This document shows positions 55,527 through 64,000 of a DNA stretch of 64,000 nucleotides, piece by piece. Positions within the stretch are counted from its first letter, which is position 1; every line of letters begins with the position of its first letter. Below the pieces are notes generated by a model. The model made no database searches. It was given only the letters and a program-made list of their open reading frames with translations, and was not told where the DNA came from. The DNA is taken from positions 659 to 64,658 of the forward strand of contig DAOULX010000008.1 in assembly GCA_034414775.1 (NCBI GenBank), read 5' to 3'. This DNA is from Dehalococcoidales bacterium. GTDB taxonomy: Bacteria > Chloroflexota > Dehalococcoidia > Dehalococcoidales > RBG-16-60-22. The translations under genes and the position numbers were made by a program.

Positions 55527-55811
55527 AAGGTCATCATGTTGATGGGGGACGTGGCTATTAAAATGATGAACGCCTCCTGGAAAAACCAGACCGGGAAGAA
55601 GGTAATATCCGCCGGACCGACCTATAAAATACGAGAGCAGCCGTTTTATCTCGAGGGTAAACGCATCTTTCCGTCCTACACACCGGCCGGTGAAAACTTC
55701 CTCATCGAGAAATCGAAAAGGCGGATGGTCGCCGAGGACGTCCGGGAAGCACTTAAATATCTGGCATCATAGCACTTCGCGGCTTTGACTCCAATCCCCA
55801 GCTATAGGACT

Positions 55812-57014
55812 TTACCTTCGCGCTGTCTCGCGTAATGGGACCAGGATGAACAGCGATACCAGGGAAAGGCCTGCCCAGAAAAAGAACGGAACTCCCGGAG
55901 CGATATCGGCCAGACTATTGCCGATGGGTGGAGAAACGACCGAACCGATATGGGAAACAGAGAAGATGACACCGAGGGCTATTCCGGAAAAAGCCGGCCC
56001 GATTCCTTCCGTCTCCAGTAGAGTGGTGACGATAATCGACATAAAGCCGTCCAGAAACATTCCCGCCATCATTGCCAGGACCCATATCGCGACACCACTG
56101 GCCAGCGGCAGGAGACTGACAGACACCGTGGTTACCACCACTGCCGGGATTATGATCGCCTTCCTCGATCGGAGCTTGTCCGATAGTAGCGACAGCGGTA
56201 TAACCAGCGTTGTACTCAGCGCGTAAAACACGGCCAGGGTACTATCGGCGACAGCCGGGTCCCATCCCTGCCCGCGTAAGTAAAGCGGCAGGTACCCCAT
56301 CACCCCAAACATACAGCCGATCCGGAATAGCAGACCTAAGGATATCAGCCAGAGTGTTTTAATACGGGCTAGCCTGGAGAGTAATGGAATTAAGGGTAAC
56401 CTGGTGGGGGTTTCAGCAAATTCCGCTGATGGTACCGGGCCTCTCATGGAAAAGGCCCAGACCAGTCCCATCAATGCCGAGAGGGCCCCGTAGAAAAACA
56501 TCACGTTTCTCCAGCCACCCAGCAGTGGCGAGAGCACCGTAGCGCTTATCAGCGGTCCGAGGGTCAACCCCAGGCCCATCCCCATGGCGGATATACCCAT
56601 GGCCGTTCCCAACCGGGGACCCTTAAACCATATCCCGATCGCCTTGGAAATAGTGATGGGGACTATCAGCCTGGCGATCCCATTGATGAAAACGGTAATC
56701 AACAGGATTAAGTAATTACCGGATAGACCCCTCATCGCACCGGTGATACCGACCAGGATGCTGAACAAACATAAAAGACGTCTTAGTCCGAAACGGTCGC
56801 TGATGACACCGCCGATGATGCTGACGAAGATCCCCGCCAGGTTGGCTATTCCCCAGATTGAGCCGATCTGCACCAGGTCCAGGCCCAGATCGTCCGAAAT
56901 TTCCTTAAAAAGGACCGGCATCGAGGACATTGGTATAGCGGCAACGAACGTACCGGTCAAAGTCAGCAGCGCCAGTATCGGCCAGTTAAAGGCGGGACGC
57001 TGATTATATATCAT
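55812..57014 (-). CDS. MFS transporter
   Basis: 400 aa with about 12 hydrophobic spans. It has an MFS-type loop motif, GVISDRFGLRR, after TM2. Confidence 0.8.
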   Translation of the reverse strand: MIYNQRPAFNWPILALLTLTGTFVAAIPMSSMPVLFKEISDDLGLDLVQIGSIWGIANLAGIFVSIIGGVISDRFGLRRLLCLFSILVGITGAMRGLSGNYLILLITVFINGIARLIVPITISKAIGIWFKGPRLGTAMGISAMGMGLGLTLGPLISATVLSPLLGGWRNVMFFYGALSALMGLVWAFSMRGPVPSAEFAETPTRLPLIPLLSRLARIKTLWLISLGLLFRIGCMFGVMGYLPLYLRGQGWDPAVADSTLAVFYALSTTLVIPLSLLSDKLRSRKAIIIPAVVVTTVSVSLLPLASGVAIWVLAMMAGMFLDGFMSIIVTTLLETEGIGPAFSGIALGVIFSVSHIGSVVSPPIGNSLADIAPGVPFFFWAGLSLVSLFILVPLRETARR

Positions 57015-57123
57015 GGAGTTCCTTTGTGCAGGTAGTGATAGAGTCTCCCAAGAAAGTATATGTTGCTACTGTAATAGCTGTCAAAGAAAAGTGTAATGAC
57101 CGGGCTCAAGGCTGCCAGTACGC

Positions 57124-57693
57124 TCAATCAGCCGTCGTGGCGACGGCCGGTCTTTCGGCCGGAGACTGGATGGTTTCGGTTACCAGAGAGATGAGACTGT
57201 CTGCCATAGGGTGTCCCGGGGCGTCTACGTGAAAGCAAGCGTCCATCCCCATCCAGATGTCGCGTAAAAGTGGCAGTATTTTTAATCGGCCATCGAAGAT
57301 TGCTTTTTGAACGCTGGCAATGTGGAAAAGCCCCACCCCCTGCCCGCTTTCGACCAGGCTGATGCCCCACTCGGAGCTGTTGACTTCCACGATAATCGGA
57401 GTCGGCATGGCGCACCCGCCGATCCGGAGCTTTTTCAAGAGAATGCGCCGTATAGCGGATGTTTCCGGCCCGAGTACCAGAGGATAGCCGCAGAGACTCA
57501 TGAAATCCACACACTCCCTCCGGGCGATGGGGCTGGATGGCGAAGCTACCAGCACCAGCTTTTGCCGTAGGGAGATGTTTACGGACCTTAGCTTGGCGCT
57601 ACCATAGTCTATGCTGACGACAATACCCAGGTTTATCTGTGAGTTGATGACCTCCTGGGCGATCTCGAAAGAAGCCGAACTGCGAATGGCCAA
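57124..57693 (-). pseudogene. LysR-family regulator lacking the N-terminal HTH (substrate-binding domain only)
   Basis: 189 aa starting within the effector domain (ASFEIAQEVINSQINLGIVV..LVLVASP). I found no winged-HTH segment in any frame upstream. Confidence 0.55.
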
Positions 57694-57992
57694 TCTAACA
57701 TGCGGTTAAAAGGAGCCATACCCTTACATCCCGCAAGGCCCGGAATAACCTCAATAGCCAGAGTTTCTCTATAACATCATAGATACTTTTGTATTGCAAT
57801 TATTGGGTGGGCCACGATGAATTACAAGGTAATTGATGGCTAAAGCCCCTATTGTTTATCCTTGAAATTTTCGATTTGAGCGTTTAATATTAGGGAGTCA
57901 AGTTTCAGACTACGGATACCGATCACCTTGAAATAACTTACCGGCCGTAAAGGGTCCGGATCCCAGTATTGTAGCCAAGGAGGTATAGAAAG

Positions 57993-58622
57993 TTGGCAAA
58001 TGATTTATCCAGGTCACTGGCGGACCTGGAGGAAGAGAAATCGCTGGCGATTGTCGAAGAGAGGCTGAAGGCGGGCGCCGATCCCATGACCATCCTTGAG
58101 GAATCCCGGCGCGGTATGGAGACCGTGGGCAAACGTTTCGCCGAAGGCAAATACTTCATCCCGGACCTGGTATACTCCGGCGAAATACTGAAGAGTATCA
58201 ACGAGCTGGTCAAGCCAAACCTGTCAGGCGAAGGCGGAACCAAGAGCGGCGGCAAGGTCGTCTTCGGTACCGTGGCTGGCGATATCCACGATATCGGCAA
58301 AGACATCGTCGTCTTCATGCTCGATGTCAGTGGCTTCGATGTGGTCGACCTGGGTGTCGATGTGCCGGTTGACAAGTTCGTCGCGGCGATCAAAGACAGC
58401 GGCGCCCCGATCGTCGGACTGAGCGGCTTCCTCACCCTGGCATACGATTCCATGAAGCGGACCGTGGACGCCATCAAAGAGGCCGGCCTCAGAGACAAGA
58501 CCAAGATTATGATCGGCGGCGGCCAGATCACCAACGAGGTGGTCGGTTATACCGGCGCCGACGCCTACGGCAAAGATGCCGTCGAGGGCGTCTCTCTGGC
58601 CAGGAAATGGGCCGGCGTATAA
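57993..58622 (+). CDS. corrinoid (cobalamin-binding) protein of a methyltransferase system (MtbC/MtmC/MtvC-like)
   Basis: TTG start 8 nt after AAGGAGG. An N-terminal B12-binding_2 helical cap is followed by a Rossmann domain with the DxHxxG motif (AGDIHDIGKDIV) and SGFLT. Confidence 0.85.
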   Translation: MANDLSRSLADLEEEKSLAIVEERLKAGADPMTILEESRRGMETVGKRFAEGKYFIPDLVYSGEILKSINELVKPNLSGEGGTKSGGKVVFGTVAGDIHDIGKDIVVFMLDVSGFDVVDLGVDVPVDKFVAAIKDSGAPIVGLSGFLTLAYDSMKRTVDAIKEAGLRDKTKIMIGGGQITNEVVGYTGADAYGKDAVEGVSLARKWAGV

Positions 58623-58661
58623 CAGCGGCCGCCCAGCCAATTAAGCGCAGGGGGTCATAAA

Positions 58662-59996
58662 ATGGAAAAGAAATGGGAAGCGATGACGCCGGATGAAAAG
58701 CAGGAAGCGAACTTAGCCAAGTGGACTTCCGGAGAAGGCGTTGAGTTTATTTCACCGGAGGCCAAGCAAGCCTTCCAGGAAAGGGCAACCAGGCTCAAAG
58801 ACGCCATTCAAATAAAGAAAACACCGGACCGGGTACCGATCTTTACGATTCACGGTTACTATCCCGCCGTTTATGCCGGATTCACTCCCCGGGATGTAAT
58901 GTACGACTATGAAAAGTGCGCCGCAGCCTGGAAAAAGTACGTGCTGGACTTTGCCCCGGACGCGCATATCGGCGCGGTCGTGCCCGGCCCGGGGAAGATG
59001 TATGAGACCCTTGATTTAAAACTGTATTCATGGCCCGGCCACGGGGTGGCGCCCGAGTACGGCTATCAGTGCAACGAAGGTGAGTATATGCTGGCGGATG
59101 AATACGACGCCCTCATCGAAGACCCGTCCCGCTATTACGCCAATACCTACCTGCCGCGTGTCTATGGAGCGCTGGAAGGCCTATCCACCCTCGCCATAAC
59201 CGACCCGATGGAAATATACGGCTCAGCTTTCGTCTTTATACCCTTTGGCTTGCCGCCTGTTCAGGCCGCCTACAAGGCCCTCTTCGAGGCCGGGGCTGAG
59301 GCGCTAAAATGGGCTGGTGCTATGGGAGCTCATGGCGCCGAAATGGCCGCCAACGGCTTTCCCGCTTTCTGGGACGGCGCCGCCAAACCGCCGTTCGATA
59401 TGATCGGCGACACCCTGCGGGGTACCAAAGGCATTATGGTGGACATGTACCGCCAGCCCAATAAGCTCATCAAGGCTTTGGACGTGATGGTACCGATAGT
59501 GGTCAAAAATGCGTTGGCCAGTTCTGCGGCCGCGGGAGTTCCCATCGTAGCCATAGTGATGCACAAAGGCGCTGACGGATTCCTCTCCGACGAGCAGTAC
59601 CAGAAGTTTTACTGGCCCACATTTAGACAGGTCCTCATGGGCTTGATCAATGAGGGAATTGTACCGTTCCTGTTCATCGAGGGCGGCTACAACTCCCGCC
59701 TGGAAATTATCAAGGACCTGCCCAAAGGAAAGGTCATCTATTGGGTGGACCGGACAGATATGGCCAAGGCGAAGAAAATACTCGGCGATGTCGGCTGCAT
59801 CGGCGGCAACGTACCCCCTGATTTATTAGCCGTGGGTACGCCGCAACAGATAGAGGAATATGTGAAGAAGCTCATCGATACCGTCGGCAAAGGCGGCGGT
59901 TACATCCTGGGCAACGGGACGGTAATCGATGAAGCCAAGCCGGAAAACATCCACGCTATGATTGACACCACCAAAGAATATGGTATCTATAAATAG
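58662..59996 (+). CDS. uroporphyrinogen-decarboxylase (URO-D) family methyltransferase (MtaA/MtvB-like)
   Basis: 444 aa directly downstream of the corrinoid protein. The assignment to the URO-D-like TIM-barrel family rests on overall length, context and my family recognition, and needs HMM confirmation. Confidence 0.65.
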   Translation: MEKKWEAMTPDEKQEANLAKWTSGEGVEFISPEAKQAFQERATRLKDAIQIKKTPDRVPIFTIHGYYPAVYAGFTPRDVMYDYEKCAAAWKKYVLDFAPDAHIGAVVPGPGKMYETLDLKLYSWPGHGVAPEYGYQCNEGEYMLADEYDALIEDPSRYYANTYLPRVYGALEGLSTLAITDPMEIYGSAFVFIPFGLPPVQAAYKALFEAGAEALKWAGAMGAHGAEMAANGFPAFWDGAAKPPFDMIGDTLRGTKGIMVDMYRQPNKLIKALDVMVPIVVKNALASSAAAGVPIVAIVMHKGADGFLSDEQYQKFYWPTFRQVLMGLINEGIVPFLFIEGGYNSRLEIIKDLPKGKVIYWVDRTDMAKAKKILGDVGCIGGNVPPDLLAVGTPQQIEEYVKKLIDTVGKGGGYILGNGTVIDEAKPENIHAMIDTTKEYGIYK

Positions 59997-60094
59997 AAGA
60001 CCACGTTTCAAGCCTGGTAAAAAGGAGAGTGTGCCTGGCCATTCAGGAGCTGTACACTCTCCCGTTCATTCAAAAGTTTTAGTGGGGGCGTACC

Positions 60095-61549
60095 ATGAAA
60101 AAGATTCCTACGATAGTCGGGGCGGTGATATGCATCGTTATTGTCATGGTCTCGCTGGCCCGGCCTTTCGAAGCCAGGGCTGACGGCGGACCGGTGGTCG
60201 GGCCTGCCCTGTGGCGTTACCTCAGCGAAGGGCAACAGGTGGCCGTCGTCACTCTAAAGGACGCCGAAAGCGCCGAGGTCGTCCTTTTCATTTCCCTCCT
60301 GGACACTACCGGGGAATCCCACGAGGTAACTTTCTTCATACCGCTCGGCTTCGGGGCCGCCGAGTTCGGCGTTTACGAGCAGGAACTCTTTAGCTTCGAT
60401 CAGGCTAATACGAGGGATCTCGACAGGATCATCTACGACGACGTCCAGCGAAAGCAGCAAGCCATCAACGCCCTTTTTAGCGCTACGCTGCTGACTAACG
60501 GCATCTGGCTGCTGCCTCTATGGCTGCCTGCCATCCTGACCGGTTGCGCCGAAGCGGCGCCGCTGGCCACCTTCGAGACGGAAAGCTCGCAGGTGAGTAT
60601 CTACGGCCTGGAGGAGGATACCGACCTGGACGCACTTATCGCCACCACCGGCCTCGACCCGTCCGTGCGGGAAACGCTACGGCGCCTCCAGGGACAGCAA
60701 ATTGCGGTAGTCAACCTGCAAACGCAAGCCCGGGGTACCGGGGGAAGCTCCGGGGAAGGTGGTCTGCCCGGAGAGACCGGTATTCGCTTCAAATGGACTA
60801 CCTCGCTGGCGCAATCCGGCGGCACCTATCACTACCCGCTGGGCACGGGCAGCGCCTGGTACCACCCCATCGAGATTACCCGCATCTACGTGGTCGCTCC
60901 TCCGGGGCTGGACTTCGACGTACAGTACCCGGAGCTGGGGGCGGACCGCTCCGGGTATTCCGGTCGCAACCAGAGAATCGTTGGAAATACCCAGATCCCC
61001 GCATACGCCATAGATGAAGCCAACGGCGATTTCGGACGGGTATGGCGGGCCATCTATACCCAAAGCAACGCCGCCGAAGATATCGCCATTACCACCAAAC
61101 CCCAAAGCTCCTTTAGCAGGATATCCGCCAGCCTGCATTCTACCGGGATGAGCGGATTGTCGTTGGTATTCGGCCTAATACTGGCGCTGGCCTGCTGGCT
61201 GCTCGCCTGGCGCTTTTTAATGCCCCGTCTGCTGCGCGGGACATACCGCGGCGACCCAAGCAAATTGTGGCAGCATGCTCTGGTATATACAGGAATTAAT
61301 ATTGCATTGTTGATACCCGGGGCTATCCTGTACGTCATATGGTCATTCACCGGAAATGTGATCACCCTGGCGATACTTTTCCTGCTGTTCGGAGGAGTGG
61401 CGGCGGCCATTTTCGCCGCCAGTAACATCCGCCGCCTCAGCGAAAATCGCGCTCTGGCTCTGCGGGCTTTCGCCCTGGTGACACTGGCCAGCAACGGTAC
61501 CTATCTGGTACTGGCAATGGGCTACGCGGCGCTGACGGGAATCATATAA
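60095..61549 (+). CDS. exported protein with C-terminal multi-span membrane anchor, unknown function
   Basis: It has a signal peptide (MKKIPTIVGAVICIVIVMVSLARPFEARA), a ~330-aa soluble part and about 4 C-terminal hydrophobic spans. I recognise no catalytic motif. Confidence 0.7.
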   Translation: MKKIPTIVGAVICIVIVMVSLARPFEARADGGPVVGPALWRYLSEGQQVAVVTLKDAESAEVVLFISLLDTTGESHEVTFFIPLGFGAAEFGVYEQELFSFDQANTRDLDRIIYDDVQRKQQAINALFSATLLTNGIWLLPLWLPAILTGCAEAAPLATFETESSQVSIYGLEEDTDLDALIATTGLDPSVRETLRRLQGQQIAVVNLQTQARGTGGSSGEGGLPGETGIRFKWTTSLAQSGGTYHYPLGTGSAWYHPIEITRIYVVAPPGLDFDVQYPELGADRSGYSGRNQRIVGNTQIPAYAIDEANGDFGRVWRAIYTQSNAAEDIAITTKPQSSFSRISASLHSTGMSGLSLVFGLILALACWLLAWRFLMPRLLRGTYRGDPSKLWQHALVYTGINIALLIPGAILYVIWSFTGNVITLAILFLLFGGVAAAIFAASNIRRLSENRALALRAFALVTLASNGTYLVLAMGYAALTGII

Positions 61550-61616
61550 GTCGACAGCTTCAACTCAACGGTTAATACCCCGGGCTGTAACCGAAAACCG
61601 TTTCCCGGATATCTTA

Positions 61617-62384
61617 CTAAAGCATCACCGTGCCACCGTCGACGCAGATGACCTGACCCGAAATAAAATCCGATTCCGCCGAGGCCAGCAATACCCCCAC
61701 CCCCAGCAGGTCGCCTGGCTCTTCGCGCCGGGCAATGGACGCTTCCGAGATGGCCAGCTCGTAAATATTATCGATACCAGCCTTACTTAAGCTGGCCTCC
61801 GTAGCTACCAGCCCCGGGGCAATGCCATTGACGTTGATACCCGAGGGACCCAGAGCTCTGGCCAGGGCGTGAGTCAATGTATAGACGGCTCCTTTACTGC
61901 AGGCATAAGGCAAGAACATCTGCGCCGCGGGCACTCTGGCCACAATAGAGGCCATATTTATAATTTTGCCACTGCCTGCCTTTATCATGTGGGGAGCAAT
62001 CGCCTTGCAGCATAACCATACGCCTGTTAAATTGACTTTGAGTATGCGCTCCCAGTCCGCCGCCGTCCACGAGTCCCAGGGCACGGCCTCGACCCCCTGC
62101 CAGATTCCAGCATTATTAACAAGGATATCCACATTGCCGTAACGCTTGATAACCTCATCGGCCATCTGCTGCGTCGATTTTTCATCGGAAACATCGGTCA
62201 GTATAGAGTAGGCCTTCCCGCCTTTCTGTTTGATCTCTGCGGCGGTAGCCTCGGCCCAATCGATGTTAATATCCGGCAGGAGTAGTTTGGCGCCTTCCTC
62301 CGCGTATCTGAGCGCAAACGCCTTACCGATACCACGCCCGCCCCCGGTTACAATGGCAACCTTGTCTTTTAGTGCTGGCGACAT
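61617..62384 (-). CDS. short-chain dehydrogenase/reductase (SDR)
   Basis: It contains VAIVTGGGRGIGKA, NNAG and the catalytic YACSK. Confidence 0.85.
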   Translation of the reverse strand: MSPALKDKVAIVTGGGRGIGKAFALRYAEEGAKLLLPDINIDWAEATAAEIKQKGGKAYSILTDVSDEKSTQQMADEVIKRYGNVDILVNNAGIWQGVEAVPWDSWTAADWERILKVNLTGVWLCCKAIAPHMIKAGSGKIINMASIVARVPAAQMFLPYACSKGAVYTLTHALARALGPSGINVNGIAPGLVATEASLSKAGIDNIYELAISEASIARREEPGDLLGVGVLLASAESDFISGQVICVDGGTVML

Positions 62385-62519
62385 TCATACCTCCTGTATA
62401 TCGTCGGTCTTTCGTCCCCGGTAATGGTCACGATCCACTACCGACTCACAACCGAGAGAAATCTACATTACCAGTGTCCCGGTGTCAAGTTATTCGGCTC
62501 TGGAGGGAACAGGCTCCGT

Positions 62520-62548
62520 TTGACAACCCCCAGGCGTTAGCCTATTAT
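62520..62548 (+). promoter_or_regulatory. sigma70-like promoter for tRNA-Pro
   Basis: TTGACA(62520-62525)-17 nt-TATTAT(62543-62548), 34 nt upstream of the tRNA 5' end. Confidence 0.45.
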
Positions 62549-62581
62549 TAAACTCGTACAGGTTCTTCCCACGGGTCTTGG

Positions 62582-62658
62582 CGGGGCGTGGCGCAGCATG
62601 GTAGCGCGTCTGAATGGGGTTCAGAAGGTCCCCGGTTCAAATCCGGGCGCCCCGACCA
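62582..62658 (+). tRNA. tRNA-Pro (anticodon GGG), CCA encoded
   Basis: Hand-folded cloverleaf. Acceptor stem CGGGGCG/CGCCCCG, D stem GCGC/GCGC, anticodon stem TCTGA/TCAGA with loop AT-GGG-GT, T arm CCCGG-TTCAAAT-CCGGG, then ACCA. Confidence 0.9.
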
Positions 62659-62785
62659 TACGAATAAAACTTGGTGGCGAGACCATCTGATACCTTAAAA
62701 ATGGGCGGGTCCGCAAATGAAAAATGATTACCGCCGCACGCCCGACGGCAAAGCCGGGGACTTCCCTCAAGTCTCTGATAATAGC

Positions 62786-62838
62786 TGTATGTGGTCAGCG
62801 AAAACGGGACAATTCGGCCATTTGAGTTAATGGACACT
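62786..62838 (+). mobile_element. solo IS3-family-like terminal inverted repeat, second copy of the 925-976 sequence, 128 nt downstream of tRNA-Pro
   Basis: TGTATGTGGTCAGCGAAAACGGGACAATTCGGCCATTTGAGTTAATGGACACTC aligns with TGTATGTAGTCAGCGAAAGTGGGGCAATTTAGCCACTTGAGATAACGGACACTT. No transposase follows. Confidence 0.5.
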
Positions 62839-63034
62839 CAAAGGGGAGCGCGTAAGCAAAATATCACTATACCTTTCTACCTGAAAATAAAGGCACCCAC
62901 AAAAAGTATTTAAGTACGAATCCCCTATGGTGGAGCGGGTTGTACGAAGTCAGGACTTTTCCCATTACTTGGGGGCGTTAACTATGGCCATTTTTGTAAA
63001 AATTCTCTGATAACAGACCAGTTATTTTCTTTTA

Positions 63035-64000
63035 TTATTTAGCAACCATCATACCGGGAAGAAAAAGGCTTATTGCGGGAAAGGCTATTATAATCGCCAA
63101 AAAGATAAGTTCCACAATGAAGAATGGCGTCACACCACGGACGAGATCACCGGTTGGAATATTAAAGACAGTTCTCATGGCAATCAAGTCCATGGCCATC
63201 GGTGGTGTAATCAGTCCTAACTGTGTGTTGACGACGAAAATTATCCCAAACCAGACGGGGTCGAAACCTAGCCCAATAACTACTGGGAAGAAGATAGGTA
63301 TAGTAAGAAAGGTAATGGTTATCGGGTCCAGGATAAATCCCAACATCAGGTAAGCAACATTCATGACGATAATGACTACCCAAGGGGATATTTCTGATGT
63401 CTCAAGAAAATTGAATAAATTTCTGGCTATATTAGCCCCCTCCACCACGTACGTGAATAATGAAGCCCCAATAAGGATAAACATAAACATACCATTAATG
63501 TTCGCGGCTTCCTTTATGGCGCGGAGTATACCGCTCCAGCGAAGGCGAAAACGGGTAACCGCCAATATCAGGACGATGACACAACCGACTCCCGCTGACT
63601 CGGTAGGAGTGGCTATCCCGAAGTAGATTACCCCGAGAATAGACAGGATGATTAGTATAGCGGGCCAGACCCGGCTGAGAGAAACGAACCTCTCTCGCCA
63701 AGAATAGCTACCCAAGGCCGGACCAAACTGAGGCTTTACGGTACAAATCGATACGGCCAGGAGGGAGAGCATCCCTATCAAGAGGGCTCCCGGTATTAAT
63801 CCGGCGATGAAGAGATGACCTAAGGATGTTTCGGTAAGAACGGAGTAAATAATCATCACGGCACTTGGGGGGATAAGCGGGCCGAGGACACCCCCAGCCA
63901 AAAGGGCTCCGGCGCCAAGTGACCGGTTGTAGCCGTGTCTTTCAAATTCCGGTAGCGCTATCTTGCCCACCACCATAATACAGGCGGAACTGGTGCCAAG
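63035..64000 (-). CDS. TRAP transporter large permease (DctM-type), N-terminus beyond the window edge
   Basis: It contains GAGALLAGGVLGPLIPPSAVMIIYSVLTETSLGHLFIAGLIPG and many hydrophobic spans. The reading frame stays open to position 64000. Confidence 0.85.
   Translation of the reverse strand, partial: LGTSSACIMVVGKIALPEFERHGYNRSLGAGALLAGGVLGPLIPPSAVMIIYSVLTETSLGHLFIAGLIPGALLIGMLSLLAVSICTVKPQFGPALGSYSWRERFVSLSRVWPAILIILSILGVIYFGIATPTESAGVGCVIVLILAVTRFRLRWSGILRAIKEAANINGMFMFILIGASLFTYVVEGANIARNLFNFLETSEISPWVVIIVMNVAYLMLGFILDPITITFLTIPIFFPVVIGLGFDPVWFGIIFVVNTQLGLITPPMAMDLIAMRTVFNIPTGDLVRGVTPFFIVELIFLAIIIAFPAISLFLPGMMVAK

Noticed and set aside
55434-55772. 112-aa ORF on the + strand
   Set aside because: It is chimeric. 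Its first ~31 codons are the tail of a degraded CCG Fe-S gene whose upstream part carries a stop and a deletion, and the rest is unrelated sequence. I treat it as a pseudogene scar.
62637-62837. 66-aa ORF on the - strand
   Set aside because: It overlaps the 3' end of tRNA-Pro and the IS3-like terminal repeat. It is explained by those features.

Overview
This 64-kb mosaic fragment probably comes from an anaerobic bacterium. My guess is Chloroflexota-like, inferred only from a Cheo-type SOS box, lipoprotein binding proteins with Pro/Thr linkers, and AOR/Etf/UbiD/corrinoid enzymes. I support about 45 protein genes, one tRNA-Pro(GGG), several transposase and gene remnants and a family of hairpin repeats. 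I see no rRNA and no CRISPR array. The layout has five parts. (i) 0-19 kb holds two paralogous Dpp/Opp-type ABC importer cassettes without ATPases, SnoaL-like paralogs, FAD oxidoreductases, a GlcDEF-like oxidase trio, a carboxylesterase and IS3 debris. (ii) 19.3-30.9 kb is a visibly AT-richer six-gene block bracketed by IS256-type and IS3-type transposase stubs. It encodes a 2-hydroxyacid dehydrogenase, a ThDP enzyme, two cytoplasmic bis-MGD Mo/W enzymes (one transhydroxylase-large-subunit-like, one acetylene-hydratase-like), a UbiD decarboxylase and an Fe-ADH. This block is my best candidate for an undescribed, largely redox-neutral catabolic system. (iii) 31.5-55.3 kb is GC-rich and holds tungsten-type AOR, CinA, flavodoxin plus FixABCX, a split transketolase operon, an SOS-controlled imuB/dnaE2 cassette, an Opu-type osmoprotectant importer and an orphan etfB. 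(iv) 55.8-62.4 kb holds an MFS transporter, a truncated LysR, a corrinoid protein with a URO-D-type methyltransferase, an unknown exported membrane protein and an SDR. (v) tRNA-Pro is followed by an IS3-like end and AT-richer DNA with a TRAP permease. The most unusual sequence-level observation is a roughly 372-nt in-frame insertion in dnaE2 built entirely from the intergenic hairpin repeats. All family assignments come from motif reading by eye; no database search was possible.
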